Source of the DNA: Lingula anatina
Lineage: Eukaryota; Animalia; Brachiopoda
NCBI GenBank assembly: GCA_051362555.1
Contig: CM120640.1
Coordinates: forward strand, 47,594,788-47,658,787
Length of the DNA stretch: 64,000 nt
Direction of reading: 5' to 3'
The notes below the pieces were generated by a model. That model was given only the letters and a program-made list of their open reading frames with translations, ran no database searches and was not told the DNA's origin. Each line of letters opens with the position of its first letter. The first letter of the stretch is position 1. This document shows, piece by piece, positions 1-10,944 of the stretch. The position numbers and the translations under genes were made by a program.

Positions 1-1140
1 CAGGCATGTTAAGCTATCTCCTTTGTAAAATTATAACAAAAGTCTCAGTTCCGCAACCTCTATCGTGATTTTAACTAAGTACCCAACAGTCCCGACTCCC
101 ATGCATGTACACACTTTGTTGTTTTGCAGCGCACGTCTCTCATACAAGTCTTTCAAACAGCATTCTTTTGGAAACGCTGCCTTTATATTCTACATGAATG
201 GGTAAGTAAACGAAATGGACCAGCATAATTCAATTGTTAAAAGCTTGGTGGTTCGAGACGTTAACATAACAACTGTTTTTTCAGTTTCACTATCATATCG
301 ACAATTTATTCTTATAAGAGATAATCAGGTTCCCAAAGCACTTGAAAAAGTTGAAATGCCTTGAAAATTATGTCTTTAATTAAGATAAAATTGAGGAAAA
401 AGTCGGTTGAAACTAGCTAGAGGTAAACAAATATAGATGCCATTTAAGCATACTTGCGATTGGCACAAAATTGGGTTAATTAAAAAAATAATGATGATGG
501 TAATGATAAGAACTCTCTAAAATGAATAAAAATAAAGAAAAATGATGATTACAAATATGAGTATAATAAATAAAATAAAGCAAAAGGAAATTACAACGAT
601 TTATTTAAAGCAGGGACACTAGAAAATAAATATGACAAGTATGAAAAAATAAGTATGTGTTACAACTTATATAGCACCGATGAACATGCTTTATTGCTCG
701 GAAAATAACGGGTTTTAATACCCCTAATAGCGTTAAAAAATCTACCACCCATGAAGCTGATGTTCCATTGCCGTTTCTCGAAAGTGAATAATTATACATA
801 CTGCATGTCATATCAAATTGCTTATTACTTCTATTTCAATACACCTGAGTAATAGATACTTCATGCCCAAAAGGAGAATTCCTAAATCCTCATTACATTT
901 TATTGCAAGAGCAATATAACCTACATGTGCAAATGCATCGATCAGACCATTGAATATAGAACAATATAGAACTGTAAAACCTTACATGTACGGAGGTATT
1001 AAATCGGAAACTCCATATAAACCAAATATAACTGATGAGCTAGGTTACCCCTATCTTTATGAAAAACAAGTTATTTAAGTTAGAGATAATTTTCGGAAAA
1101 AAAAAATTTAATTGTGCATTGAAACATGAGCTCTACTTAC

Positions 1141-1348
1141 AGAACACAACAAGAGGGCGTTTTACTATGAGTACGCAAAACCTTAGTGGGTCTTTGTCAC
1201 GCTTTCTCTGTTCCTCACTTTGAACGTCGTCTGCTTCAACGCCAGATACCTCTGCCCCAGATCCAACGTTGCCGAGTTGCATGTCACTCTGTCCGGCCTT
1301 CTCTGGCAAATTACCGCTTTGTGAGACAGTATCAGTTCTGTCTTCCAT
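1141..1348 (-). CDS. First coding exon of an unidentified gene continuing left of the window; acidic N-terminal tail followed by the start of a hydrophobic segment (possibly Dispatched/Patched-like)
   Basis: ATG at 1348 opens MEDRTDTVSQ...RKRDKDPLRFCVLIVKRPLVVF and ends at a T|GTAAGT donor (1140-1135). A pyrimidine-tract TTTCAG acceptor at 1458-1456 defines an exon 1455-1141 with 5'UTR. The family guess rests only on the 'LIVKRPLVVF' pre-TM1 pattern and is weak. Confidence 0.65.
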
Positions 1349-2139
1349 ATTTTCTTCTTTTCGTTGACCGTCTTGAATATTTGTAATTTTAGTTTCCTAG
1401 GACGCTTTCTTTTTTCTTTTTTTTTTCAGTGAGAACGTCTGAAATATTGAATAATCTGAAATATACGAAAGCGTGATTGTTCAAGAGAAAAAATTGTCAG
1501 ATGTGTGTGGTGGTTCTGCGTCCTCCTTTCTTATTAAACCCCTTATTTCCGGTGTCATTAAAATGCCTCATTATACTGACAATGACTGTCAGTTATATAT
1601 GCTTGTTAATGGTGTATACCGAGACCCAAGAAAATAATGATGAAAATTACAAATCAACCCACGCCTATACTTAATACAGGCCTACATTACAGCAAGGAAT
1701 TCCTTAATTACGGTCAGTGCGAGTAGCCTTCGTGAACGTTAAATCACCTCAAACCCTTTTTCATTTCTGACAGTGCACGATTCTAAGAAGGCAACCACGG
1801 ATATTGTGTGAGAGAAACAGTGCTCATCTTGTAATGGACTAAAAAATTACCTGTATTTCCGTGTTCTAACACGTCGGTTTATCCCTCCACACACTGGTTT
1901 AATGAAGTTATTTTAAAAATATGTGAGCATAATCAATATCGGCCTCACTGTCGTTGGGTTGCTTAGGCAGACTGCAGGAAGCAATGAATTATTGATCATG
2001 TACATATGTATATAACAGACGAGTGGGTAATTGGAAGATCGTATAACGATTTATTTTTTTCATGTTTGTTTCAATTGAAGCGCTACCTTGGGTACTTTAT
2101 TTAACATAAGGATAAAGCTCAATTGCAAAATTGTGGTTC

Positions 2140-2312
2140 AATACATGAACCAAAGAAAAAGCACTTTCGAATGACAATATTCAAAAGAAAACATCAATAC
2201 ATGGACCAAAAAAAAAGGCACTTTCGAATGACAATATTCAAAAGAAAACATCAATACATGGACAAAAAAAAAAAAAAAAGGTACTTTCGAATGACAATAA
2301 TTCAAAAGAAAA
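2140..2312. repeat. Minisatellite, ~57-bp unit x3
   Basis: Repeated AATACATGGACCAAAAAAAAAGGCACTTTCGAATGACAATATTCAAAAGAAAACATC; explains the repetitive ORFs 2123..2320 and 2138..2335. Confidence 0.9.
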
Positions 2313-4059
2313 TATTTTGAAATAAATCGTTGCAACTAACCAGCTGCAGGTTTAAGAAGTATCATTTCGAAGTCTAATAAGATTTTTAACATTTAATTGC
2401 AATTTTTTACAGTCATCAAATGTTTCAAAGCAACAAGACAGTTCATTCATTATTTGGATGCATATAACTTTACGTATTTAAAACGAGAGGAACATTTCTG
2501 TAAGGAGTAAGCCCCAGTGTGCAGTACTCTTAAAACGAGATGGCTCAGTCTCTCTACAGTTAAAAAAACGAACTCTTTTGTCACAAACTGCAAAATTACT
2601 AACATGACATTTTTCGATGGACCATAGGCCATTTTTATCAGTCTTTGAATGACCCTGATGGCGTTGTGTCACAATACACTAGAGCAAAAGGAAACAATCC
2701 ACACAAGGAACGTGGTCATCAGCCATCACAGACCACACAACTCGAGAAAACCAAAGTATGGGAGTATGCAAAAATTCTACAGAAAGAAAGTGATTGGAGA
2801 ACCAGAGAGGAGTTGAATTCCCACGCCAAAAGTAGATAATTCTGGCATTTTGTCTCTTATACCACAGAGCACAAAATAATAATAATAATAATAGTTGCGG
2901 ATTCAGTCGGCTCACCAAAGAATGTGCTCGGCTCCTTTGTGGGCGGGCACATTTAGGACGAAAAAAGGCAGGATATGTAGTTACTTCGATTCGTGCACAT
3001 ATAATTTTTAATGTACTGTGTGTAAAAGAGACAAATAGTCAGAAAGTATCTACTAAACTTGCGGTACTTATCACTCGGTAGTTCCACCCCCTTGCTAAGG
3101 CGAGTGTCACCCAGCTTTAAATAAATTAATGGAACTTAAAAACGGTTTTATGGAGCTTTATTTTCTCAACGGTTTTGGATAGGATATACCTTGGCCATTA
3201 TGGGAAAACTGGTGAGGTTTCCAGGAAAATTCGTTTTTTTTTTTTTGCTATATATGGTCTAACCCACTGAGACTGTCTTTAACAACACATCACCGACTTT
3301 TCCAACTTTATACGCAAATTTCTAGGCTGGACTGTTCGGTCTCGCTAGCTTTGTAGAGTTGCATTCACTGTACAAATGCGACATTGTAGCTCTTGACGAA
3401 ACAAAAGATGCGTTGATAGCAGTCCGGTGCCGTTAACTTTCCATTCTTTTGGCGGGCTTCATTCATACATGGGGAAAATGATTGCAAACCCAGTAGAATA
3501 TGGAGCACAGTGCTGTTAAAAATAAAAGGCCCAAGTTATCATCTGAGGCGCAGTAAAGCAAGCCTAAGGGTCATATAGGACAGAAGTTTCATCTTAAATC
3601 TTTCCATTTTGCGATCCAAGACAGTTTCGCCGCAAGCTTCATTTTGGCTGGACCTTGAGAAAGAGCACCGTTGTAATACGAAAAGATCTAGCCATTAACT
3701 TTCAAGGACAAAATTATAAAAAATAAAAATAAATAAATGTAATAATAATCCTTTAAGGCGAGTATTAAGCGAATATTTGTCACATTATTGCCGCTAAGCA
3801 CGACCAAATGCAACAAGTGTTGCAAATAGTAAACTAAGGGAAGTACCACTGAAAGCGTTTCATCATTTACCGAGTGTAAGAACTGGTGCTAAGAATTTAT
3901 GTACGTCACTGAAAATTACTCTAACTTGTGTATGGTTAAAACTGTTCTTGGGCCATCAAATCTTCAACACTTTTCATGAACCCTTTCATTTTAAGGGGGA
4001 TGATCACAAAGGATCATCTGACATCAAAAACTAAATTCAACACCAAAGCAGGTTCCGTG

Positions 4060-4216
4060 TTGTAATTTTTATTAACCTATATGATGAAATACAAGCTTTC
4101 TTTCTGTTTATTTAGGCCTAGTTTTTTCAATGTTTTATAGAAAGTCCAACAGCATATGTGTGTAGCACATTCACTGGCCTTGTCATTGTTGCTTGCAGTA
4201 GTGTTGCTTGGTAAAT
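4060..4216 (-). other. RPS28: RPS28 non-coding terminal exon (3'UTR) with polyadenylation signals
   Basis: Acceptor TTTCTATTTTTCAG ending at 4217. AATAAA on the minus strand at 4112-4107 and 4073-4068. Upstream donor CAG|GTAATG at 4545/4544. The 3' end is approximate. Confidence 0.65.
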
Positions 4217-4334
4217 CTGAAAAATAGAAAGTAAATATTTAAGACAGAGTCGATATCTGTAGCTTATTTACTCAATTACATTTTACGTCTGATACAACTT
4301 AACAGAAAACGAAACTACATGCTTAAGTGAGGTG

Positions 4335-4486
4335 GGGTGTTGCCAGTGCTTTTATTGCAAATTCAAAGACATGTTCGGTAAATGCGAGTGCACACATGGT
4401 TAAAATTATACTTTTCATCTTTGGATTTTATTTTCCTGTAATTCTCCAGAGATTGCTAAGCAATGGAGAGGAATAGTAGAGGACTC
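4335..4486 (-). ncRNA. Candidate box H/ACA snoRNA in the RPS28 3'UTR intron
   Basis: 5' hairpin TCCT-[CTACTATTCC]-TCTCCA..TGGAGA-[ATTAC]-AGGA, then an ANANNA box, a second hairpin, and ACA at 4340-4338. Pocket strands are complementary to the conserved 18S sequence GUAAU-U-GGAAU. Folded by eye. Confidence 0.3.
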
Positions 4487-4575
4487 GTAATTTCTTTTTT
4501 TTTTTTTTGCTGCAAGTGCAGTGGATACTGAAATAATGCATTACCTGTAAATGGAATCATCTTTTTTTAGCACTG

Positions 4576-4704
<129 letters not shown>

Positions 4705-5145
4705 TCAAAAGAATCTAGATATAAATCCCACTCAATTCAGTTGGGATATAATCAAAAGCACTACTGCTTTTTTAAAAAATATGAACATCAGTGCCATAGC
4801 CAAGAAGTAAGTGAAAATGTACTAAAATCAAAATGCCATTTTATCCAAACTGGAAAACTTAACTCATAAGGCGACAGGTAAAAATTTGGTTCAAAGCTTT
4901 ACATCCTCATAATTAATAAAGACCAGCCATCTTTGGACTTTACAATTTGTCTGGTCTTTATGATTATGTTAATCTCACCTCCTCAGGAAATGCAACTATT
5001 AACTAATATGTGTCTTTTAAGATTGGGTAACTAGTGTAGATGATCTAATGTCAGTGTTATCGATAATGAAACATTTCAGATAAGCTGCCAAGGAAACATT
5101 AATATCAATTTACATTTTTTGTCTGACATACATGTACCCTGCCAT

Positions 5146-5276
5146 AAATGTCTCAACATATTGACAGCAACAACAAACAGTGATGACAAAGCCTAAAAGC
5201 TATTGGAATTCTTTTCATCTATGGGAAGCCTTCTTGACCCATGTGGACAACATGTCATCTTATTTATTCCTTTCAC
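5146..5276 (-). ncRNA. Candidate box H/ACA snoRNA in RPS28 intron 2
   Basis: Hairpin GGAA-[pocket]-TGAC/ATGT..ACAT/GTCA-[pocket]-TTCC, H box AGATGA (5220-5215) 14 nt after the upper stem, a weaker second hairpin, and ACA (5151-5149) 14 nt after its upper stem; ~131 nt. No target identified. Confidence 0.3.
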
Positions 5277-5617
5277 TACACAGGTTTTTCATGTAAATGG
5301 ATTTAATCAGGATCATTACAACTGCTTTTAACAATATTTACAAAGGTTTTAGTGATAGAAATCACTTACTTCAGAACTAAAACAGTAGTCAAACAGTTAC
5401 ACTTTGTTCTTTCACAAGAGAATCATTAGGCCCAAGGCCCACAGAAATTTACAGTATGGAATGTCAAGAGCAATTTTTGTCTCAAAGTAAGTGATTATTA
5501 TCATGAAAACCTTACTGAATAAAAATTTTTGAAAACATGAACAATATTATTGATGATACTTTTACCTAATACTAAAATAAACACCCCTAACAACACTTGC
5601 TTCAAATATCACTTTTA

Positions 5618-5740
<123 letters not shown>

Positions 5741-6156
5741 TTAACAATAGAAGTATCAGTTATCTTGAATGTATATGCCACCTACATCCAGTGCGCCAAA
5801 AGCAGACCATGGCTTACAAGATGAATATGTTTTCAGCAACAGGATTTATGCATATCATAATTTTTCAGTCCTTAAACTAGGAAATATTGGCATGAAGGCA
5901 TCTATCAAAATACTTCTCATGGAGGGGTGGGGGGCAGTAAGAGCTCGGCCTGGCACTAACAATTTTACTTGTAAATTTAGATACACCAAGATATATAAGG
6001 AGATGAGTGGGCGGGCCATCTTTAAAATTAGTTTCGATAAGGGCTGGAGGCAGAAAAATATTGTTTATAGATTAACTCCACCTTTACCTTTCAGACTCAG
6101 AACAATGTATTTGAAAATGTCAATAGGAGGGTGATAAAACAGGACTGGTTTACTCA

Positions 6157-6344
6157 GGCTGTATTCACAACAGCGGACTAACAGATCCGCGGGTCAAATA
6201 TGGCGACAGAGTTAAAAGTTTGCCGAGTAAGTCCTTAATTGACACTGAATAGATACCCCTGTGGGATTACTCAAAAAGCATTCAAGTGGGTCTGCTACAT
6301 TTAATCCGAGGATCTGTTAGTCTACTGTTGAGAATGCACCGGCC
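6157..6344. mobile_element. PIF/Harbinger-like MITE (188 bp) in RPS28 intron 1
   Basis: ~35-bp imperfect TIRs (GGCTGTATTCACAACAGCGGACTAACAGATCC / GGATCTGTTAGTCTACTGTTGAGAATGCACCGGCC) flanked by a 3-bp TCA duplication (6154-6156, 6345-6347). Confidence 0.75.
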
Positions 6345-6518
6345 TCAAACACACTTCAACCAGATGAATGGCGAGTCCTCTAAGATGTTGAATTGTCATT
6401 TGTTCGGAACAACTTTCCCGGCAAACGTTATGCCAGAGTAAAATTGACATACTAATGTTTACAAGGTTTCAATTAATTATGAGATAACAGAGTTACACTA
6501 TGTATAAAGCTTACGTAC

Positions 6519-6551
6519 TCTTGCGAGTTTAACTGGCTGCAACTTCTCCAT
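6519..6551 (-). CDS. RPS28: 40S ribosomal protein S28, coding exon 1
   Basis: ATG GAG AAG TTG CAG CCA GTT AAA CTC GCA AGA|GTACGT = MEKLQPVKLAR. The spliced product is 67 aa: [67 protein letters not shown]. Confidence 0.95.
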
Positions 6552-6813
6552 GTTGCAAGCTGTGGGAAAGAGGAAAAAAGAGGGTCTCAACTTCCGGAAC
6601 AAGGAGTCCCAATATGTGAACTACGCACTTGCTCACTTCCTTTTAGAAGAAAATAAAGTATGTAGTCTTTAAAAGGGACTTAAATTCAACTAAAATTAAA
6701 ATTTTGAAATATAAAATATAACAATGTTTTTAATAGCATATTTTTATGAACGATGCAAGAAATAAACAAACAGAGGTCCCGCACTGAAAGGCTTCCAAAA
6801 CTGCCAAGGCAAA
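6552..6813. promoter_or_regulatory. Bidirectional RPS28/NDUFA7 promoter with TCT/5'TOP pyrimidine tract and ETS sites
   Basis: Minus-strand CCCTCTTTTTTCCTCTTTCCC (6584-6564) just upstream of the RPS28 ATG. ETS/GABP-type CCGGAAGT (6597-6590) and AGGAAGTG (6641-6634). Only 262 bp separate the divergent ATGs. Confidence 0.8.
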
Positions 6814-6903
6814 ATGTCGCGACGGTGGCCGCATCGAAGGAGGGAGTTTACGCCCTTAACGGTATTAATTCAAAACGTGACAAGATTTAGAGCTATATTT
6901 ACG
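6814..6903 (+). CDS. NDUFA7: NADH dehydrogenase [ubiquinone] 1 alpha subcomplex subunit 7 (B14.5a), exon 1
   Basis: AAAATGTCG start; MSRRWPHRRREFTPLTVLIQNVTRFRAIFT|GTAAGG, phase 0; resembles the invertebrate NDUFA7 N-terminus (RRDVSPLIQRIR type). Confidence 0.85.
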
Positions 6904-8211
6904 GTAAGGGGTGTGCGTTTTTGTTACTGAAGGTGCAATAATAAAGAGAAGCGATAACTATCAGATCTAGATATATCTGAAAAACCCATCAGCTCAGCAG
7001 CTGTGCTCCGATTGTGCTCAACTTTCAAAACAAGTTAAACATTCGGCACACATGCAACACTGCATTAACACCAAACATTCTATGTCTGATGTAATAGTTT
7101 AGGTAAAGAAACATTTTAATTTGAGATATTGAATAAAACATTTTGAAGTTGTATGGGGCTAGGAACTGTACCTTCCAATTTCCGATTGGAGCATTTTCCC
7201 AAAATGTGAAATTCAGCCCAGTCTGTAAAGAAAGTAATCTTGGGTAAGGGACTTGAGTCAAAATAGACTGGATTGATTCAGCTTGTTGCACGGTTTGCAC
7301 TGACCTTGTTTAAATACCACTAATTCTAACAGTATTCTTTAGAGTGACCAAGGATTTCTCAAGTTGACCACATAGACCTGTTGAAAGGTTTGAACATACT
7401 GGTTGTATAACAAATTAGGCTTTCACTTTGATTGTTTGATGAATCTGTAAGGTCCTGTTGCATGATGTCATTAAAAGGAAATGACTGACTGGAAAAATGA
7501 CCATCTGTGTAAAGAAAATGCTTTCTTTAAGGAAATAATGAGTTGAAATTGTAACAAATATTTCATAGGACACTTCATTCCTTATCACTGAATGTATACA
7601 AATGCATAAACCCTAATATGCCCTGTTCAGATAATGTTTATGACTTTAAAAATGGTGAAATTACTAGTTCAAAACACTGGATGTGCTCCACTTCCTCTAG
7701 TACCTACATGTAAGTGAGCTATCAAGTTAAGGCCAGCATGGAGGACAGCTGGAAGAAGTCAAGGTCATTGAAAATGATGCAAAGTTGCAAAACGTGCATA
7801 ACTAAGAAGATTTCATTTTCAAAATTGTCAACACCAGCAAAACAAAAGTCAGTGCAGCTACAGTAGTAACTGTATATCTCATTGTCTGCTACCAAATCCT
7901 GACTTGTAATCTAAAAGATACATGACATGCGCAGGGACCCTGTAAATTAAATAAGTATATTAACCAATCAAGGACACAGAAGAGTGCTTGAACACACAGA
8001 ATTACAAAAATAATAAGGGCTTGTATGGTTTAGATATTGAGCAAAATGGATAAACAACCTAGTTGCATTTAAAAGAAGTGTTAAAGTATTTTGCTCTACT
8101 TCTTCAAGTAGTACATTTAAGATTCTTAGATATTGATTATAACTATTATTTCTCTATTATAATGATTTCCTTGTACAACTTATGACATTTCATGTATTTT
8201 TGTTACTTCAG

Positions 8212-8258
8212 CCCTTTTTCAAAGAGAGAAATAGATACCCTGATGAGATGGCTCCAAG
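8212..8258 (+). CDS. NDUFA7: NDUFA7 exon 2
   Basis: TTACTTCAG|CCC...CCA AG|GTATGT = PFFKERNRYPDEMAP(R); aligns to human LQLRYQEISKR; phases 0/2 match the flanking exons. Confidence 0.88.
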
Positions 8259-8399
8259 GTATGTCTTATTAATTTATCAAAATAAACTGTTTTAGTTTAT
8301 TATAGTAGTTGTCTTTCAAGAATATTTTCTTTCACATTCAACAGCATTTTCCCCATTTTCAAAATCTTCTTGCCTCTTCAATTGCAAGAAAAATTAAAA

Positions 8400-8401
<2 letters not shown>

Positions 8402-8463
<62 letters not shown>
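8402..8463. repeat. (AT)n microsatellite
   Basis: Pure AT dinucleotide run of ~60 bp. Confidence 0.95.
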
Positions 8464-8465
<2 letters not shown>

Positions 8466-10592
8466 GTCATTCTTTGCTAGTGGTTACAAAATGTTGAATT
8501 TGACCGAAAATTTCAAACTTTCTCTGGGAAGCTGTAATTTTGCGATGTGATAGCTACACCATCACAGTTTATCATTTCATAAAAAGGGAAACAGCAGCTG
8601 CCCTTTTTAGGGCACACAGGACAGTTGAACAGCTATACCCACCAAATCCAAGACGCGTTACCCTGGGTAATATATTTTGCACAAACTAATGAAAGTCTAA
8701 TGGAATGTTTTCAGTTTTAGTTTAAATCATAAGGGGGTGTTGTCTCAATGCTTCAAAACTGGTTTTGAAGAATTTAATCCACATTTCATAATTAATAAAA
8801 ATGGTGAATATGTGGGTCACGGTAACGTTATTGACGCGGGTACAAAAACTTTTTATAATCATGTAAATAATAACAATATTTTTGCTATTATCCATACACA
8901 CTTCATTCATGAGGGGCACACCACTTTCACATGCTTTTAAAATGGAATTGACAAACACAGAGGAATAATGCACATATTTTATTTACTGTAACTCTGTCAT
9001 ATGGGACACACACTGAACAAAGTTGATCTAAAGAATGTTCCAGATTGTAGTTTTTATCAGAACTATTATTTTATTATTATTATTTTAACACAATAAAGTT
9101 CAGTTAAATACAAAATTTAACAAAATGAAGTTCAGTGTAACACAAAGTTCATAATTATAACATTCTTCCTGACATATGTAGACCAATGGTGATATCTGTT
9201 CTGTGCTCACTAAGGCATCCACTCTTGGGATTCTGAAAAAAATTCACACAAAGAATCTGTTAACTCTGATAACGAACAATGGATAACCTAAGATCACAAA
9301 TAGTTTATTGCTTATTCAAACAAAGTACAGTGCATTATGAGTGGCAAACACGCATTACTGAGACACATTTTCTTCACCCATTTTCGGTGCTTCATTGCGT
9401 AACGTAAGTGTTGCTAGTAATCCATTATTGCTGTTTTTACAGACGGTTAAATTTTAAACGCACGGAATACAGTGTAGCAGCTTAATTTAAGACAAAACTA
9501 AAAAAAGTAATTCAATTTCGATGATTGAGTTTTCGAGAACAAGAGAACATGAATACGGTATCACCGCATCACCATGTTCAATATGACCTTTAGTCCCCCA
9601 TGTGAAACAGATGCAAAACGAAAGTTCAGACGAAGTCACCCTACTTATAGAATGGTAAAAATCAATCGGTACACAAATATGTTGAAACAATTGAAGAAAA
9701 ATGAAACGAAACTCATTATTTCTCACCTTCATACAAAGAAGATCCCAATTAACAATCCTGTGACGGTTAAATCGAGGGAATTACACCTGTGCCCTGCATC
9801 CTATCTCGACAGCGTCATTGCGTTATGCGTTATCAGAATGGGCCACCCGCCAGTTTGAGCTGGTTTTTTTAGTGTGCAAAAGAAGCCATTCGTGTGTAAG
9901 ACGTCATCAGTTAGTGAGTATGGAAGAAGATCGCTATCAATGTATAATTTTCACGCGGCATTTTAAAGTCGTCTGATAAAAATCGATCTCTGAAGTTTCA
10001 GCGTTGCGAACGTTATATTGGGACGCGGTGAAGAAAAATCGACCTTGCTGAGCAATAAATGTGAAATTCTTAAGAAAACTGATATTATCTTGGATTTCGT
10101 GACACAAACTAACCGACATACTACTTTGGACGATTGAACAGTTTTAATACGGAAAGATAGGATTAGATGAAATTTTCATCGGGGTGGGACACCGCATGTA
10201 TCGTAAGTTAAGCTAATTTTGTGATCATTTTTCAGTGACTTCAAATAAATTTTTATTTAAATAACAATTTGCACATTCTGTTTATTATATCTTCTTGCAG
10301 TAGATGTATTTCCTGCTTCAATAATCCATTCAAACCCTAAACAAACTGTTCTTAAATAGAGGTAGGGTCAAAATTCCACAAAAAAGGACGCCATTTTGAG
10401 GGTTATTTCGATATATTTTCTGCTTTTTCTATTTTTTTGCTTTTATAACAACATCCTCCTTGCTCATGCAGCTTCTTTGATTTGTTATTGAAACATACAC
10501 AACGATGTCATGAGAATTTGGTTGGCTATCTAAATTTAAATAACATTCTTGTTATGGCCCCCCTGCAGTGCACCACTAGCAAAGAATGACTG
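8464..10592. mobile_element. ~2.1-kb non-autonomous DNA transposon inserted in an (AT)n tract in NDUFA7 intron 2 (Sola1-like target, tentative)
   Basis: 21-bp TIRs CTGTCATTCTTTGCTAGTGGT (8464-8484) / ACCACTAGCAAAGAATGACTG (10572-10592), one mismatch. ATAT on both flanks. CpG-rich interior with no transposase ORF. Confidence 0.8.
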
Positions 10593-10755
10593 ATATATAT
10601 ATAAGTGATTGTGTTCAATCTTAATGTTTTTTAAGGGAACTAAAAGAAATAGAGGTGGCAAGAACTCTTATTAACGAAGGAAAAAATACTGCAATGGCTT
10701 ATACATGTAAATTAAGTTGAAAAACTAATATGTGATTTGATTCTTTGCCTTAAAG

Positions 10756-10944
10756 AGCCGGATCAATTGAACCCCCAACACTGCCTATGGGAATCCACCA
10801 CAAATTGAGTGCTAATGCATACTGTACTCGTGATGCCAGACGGCTGGTAAAACCTCCAGTGGTCAGTTTTACAGCAGTTACAGGGACAAAATCTCTTCCT
10901 TCTGGACTGGCTGCTGAAGAAGAAATGGTACAAGAGTCAAAAGA
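10756..10944 (+). CDS. NDUFA7: NDUFA7 exon 3
   Basis: TAAAG|A GCC...AAA GA|GTAAGT = AGSIEPPTLPMGIHHKLSANAYCTRDARRLVKPPVVSFTAVTGTKSLPSGLAAEEEMVQESK; matches the NDUFA7 core motif [30 protein letters not shown]. Confidence 0.95.

Noticed and set aside
3073-3876. Possible element bounded by CACTCGGTA / TACCGAGTG
   Set aside because: Only a 9-bp inverted match with no matching target duplication; insufficient support.
5371-5428. C/D box snoRNA candidate in RPS28 intron 2 (ATGATT...CTGA, minus)
   Set aside because: Degenerate C box, too short, and no terminal stem or recognisable guide.
5769-6134. 121-aa plus-strand ORF
   Set aside because: Antisense within RPS28 intron 1, with no recognisable motifs.
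6200-6232. ATGGCG...CGA|GTAAGT as NDUFA7 exon 1
   Set aside because: It lies inside a MITE in RPS28 intron 1; 6814-6903 fits NDUFA7 homology and promoter geometry much better.
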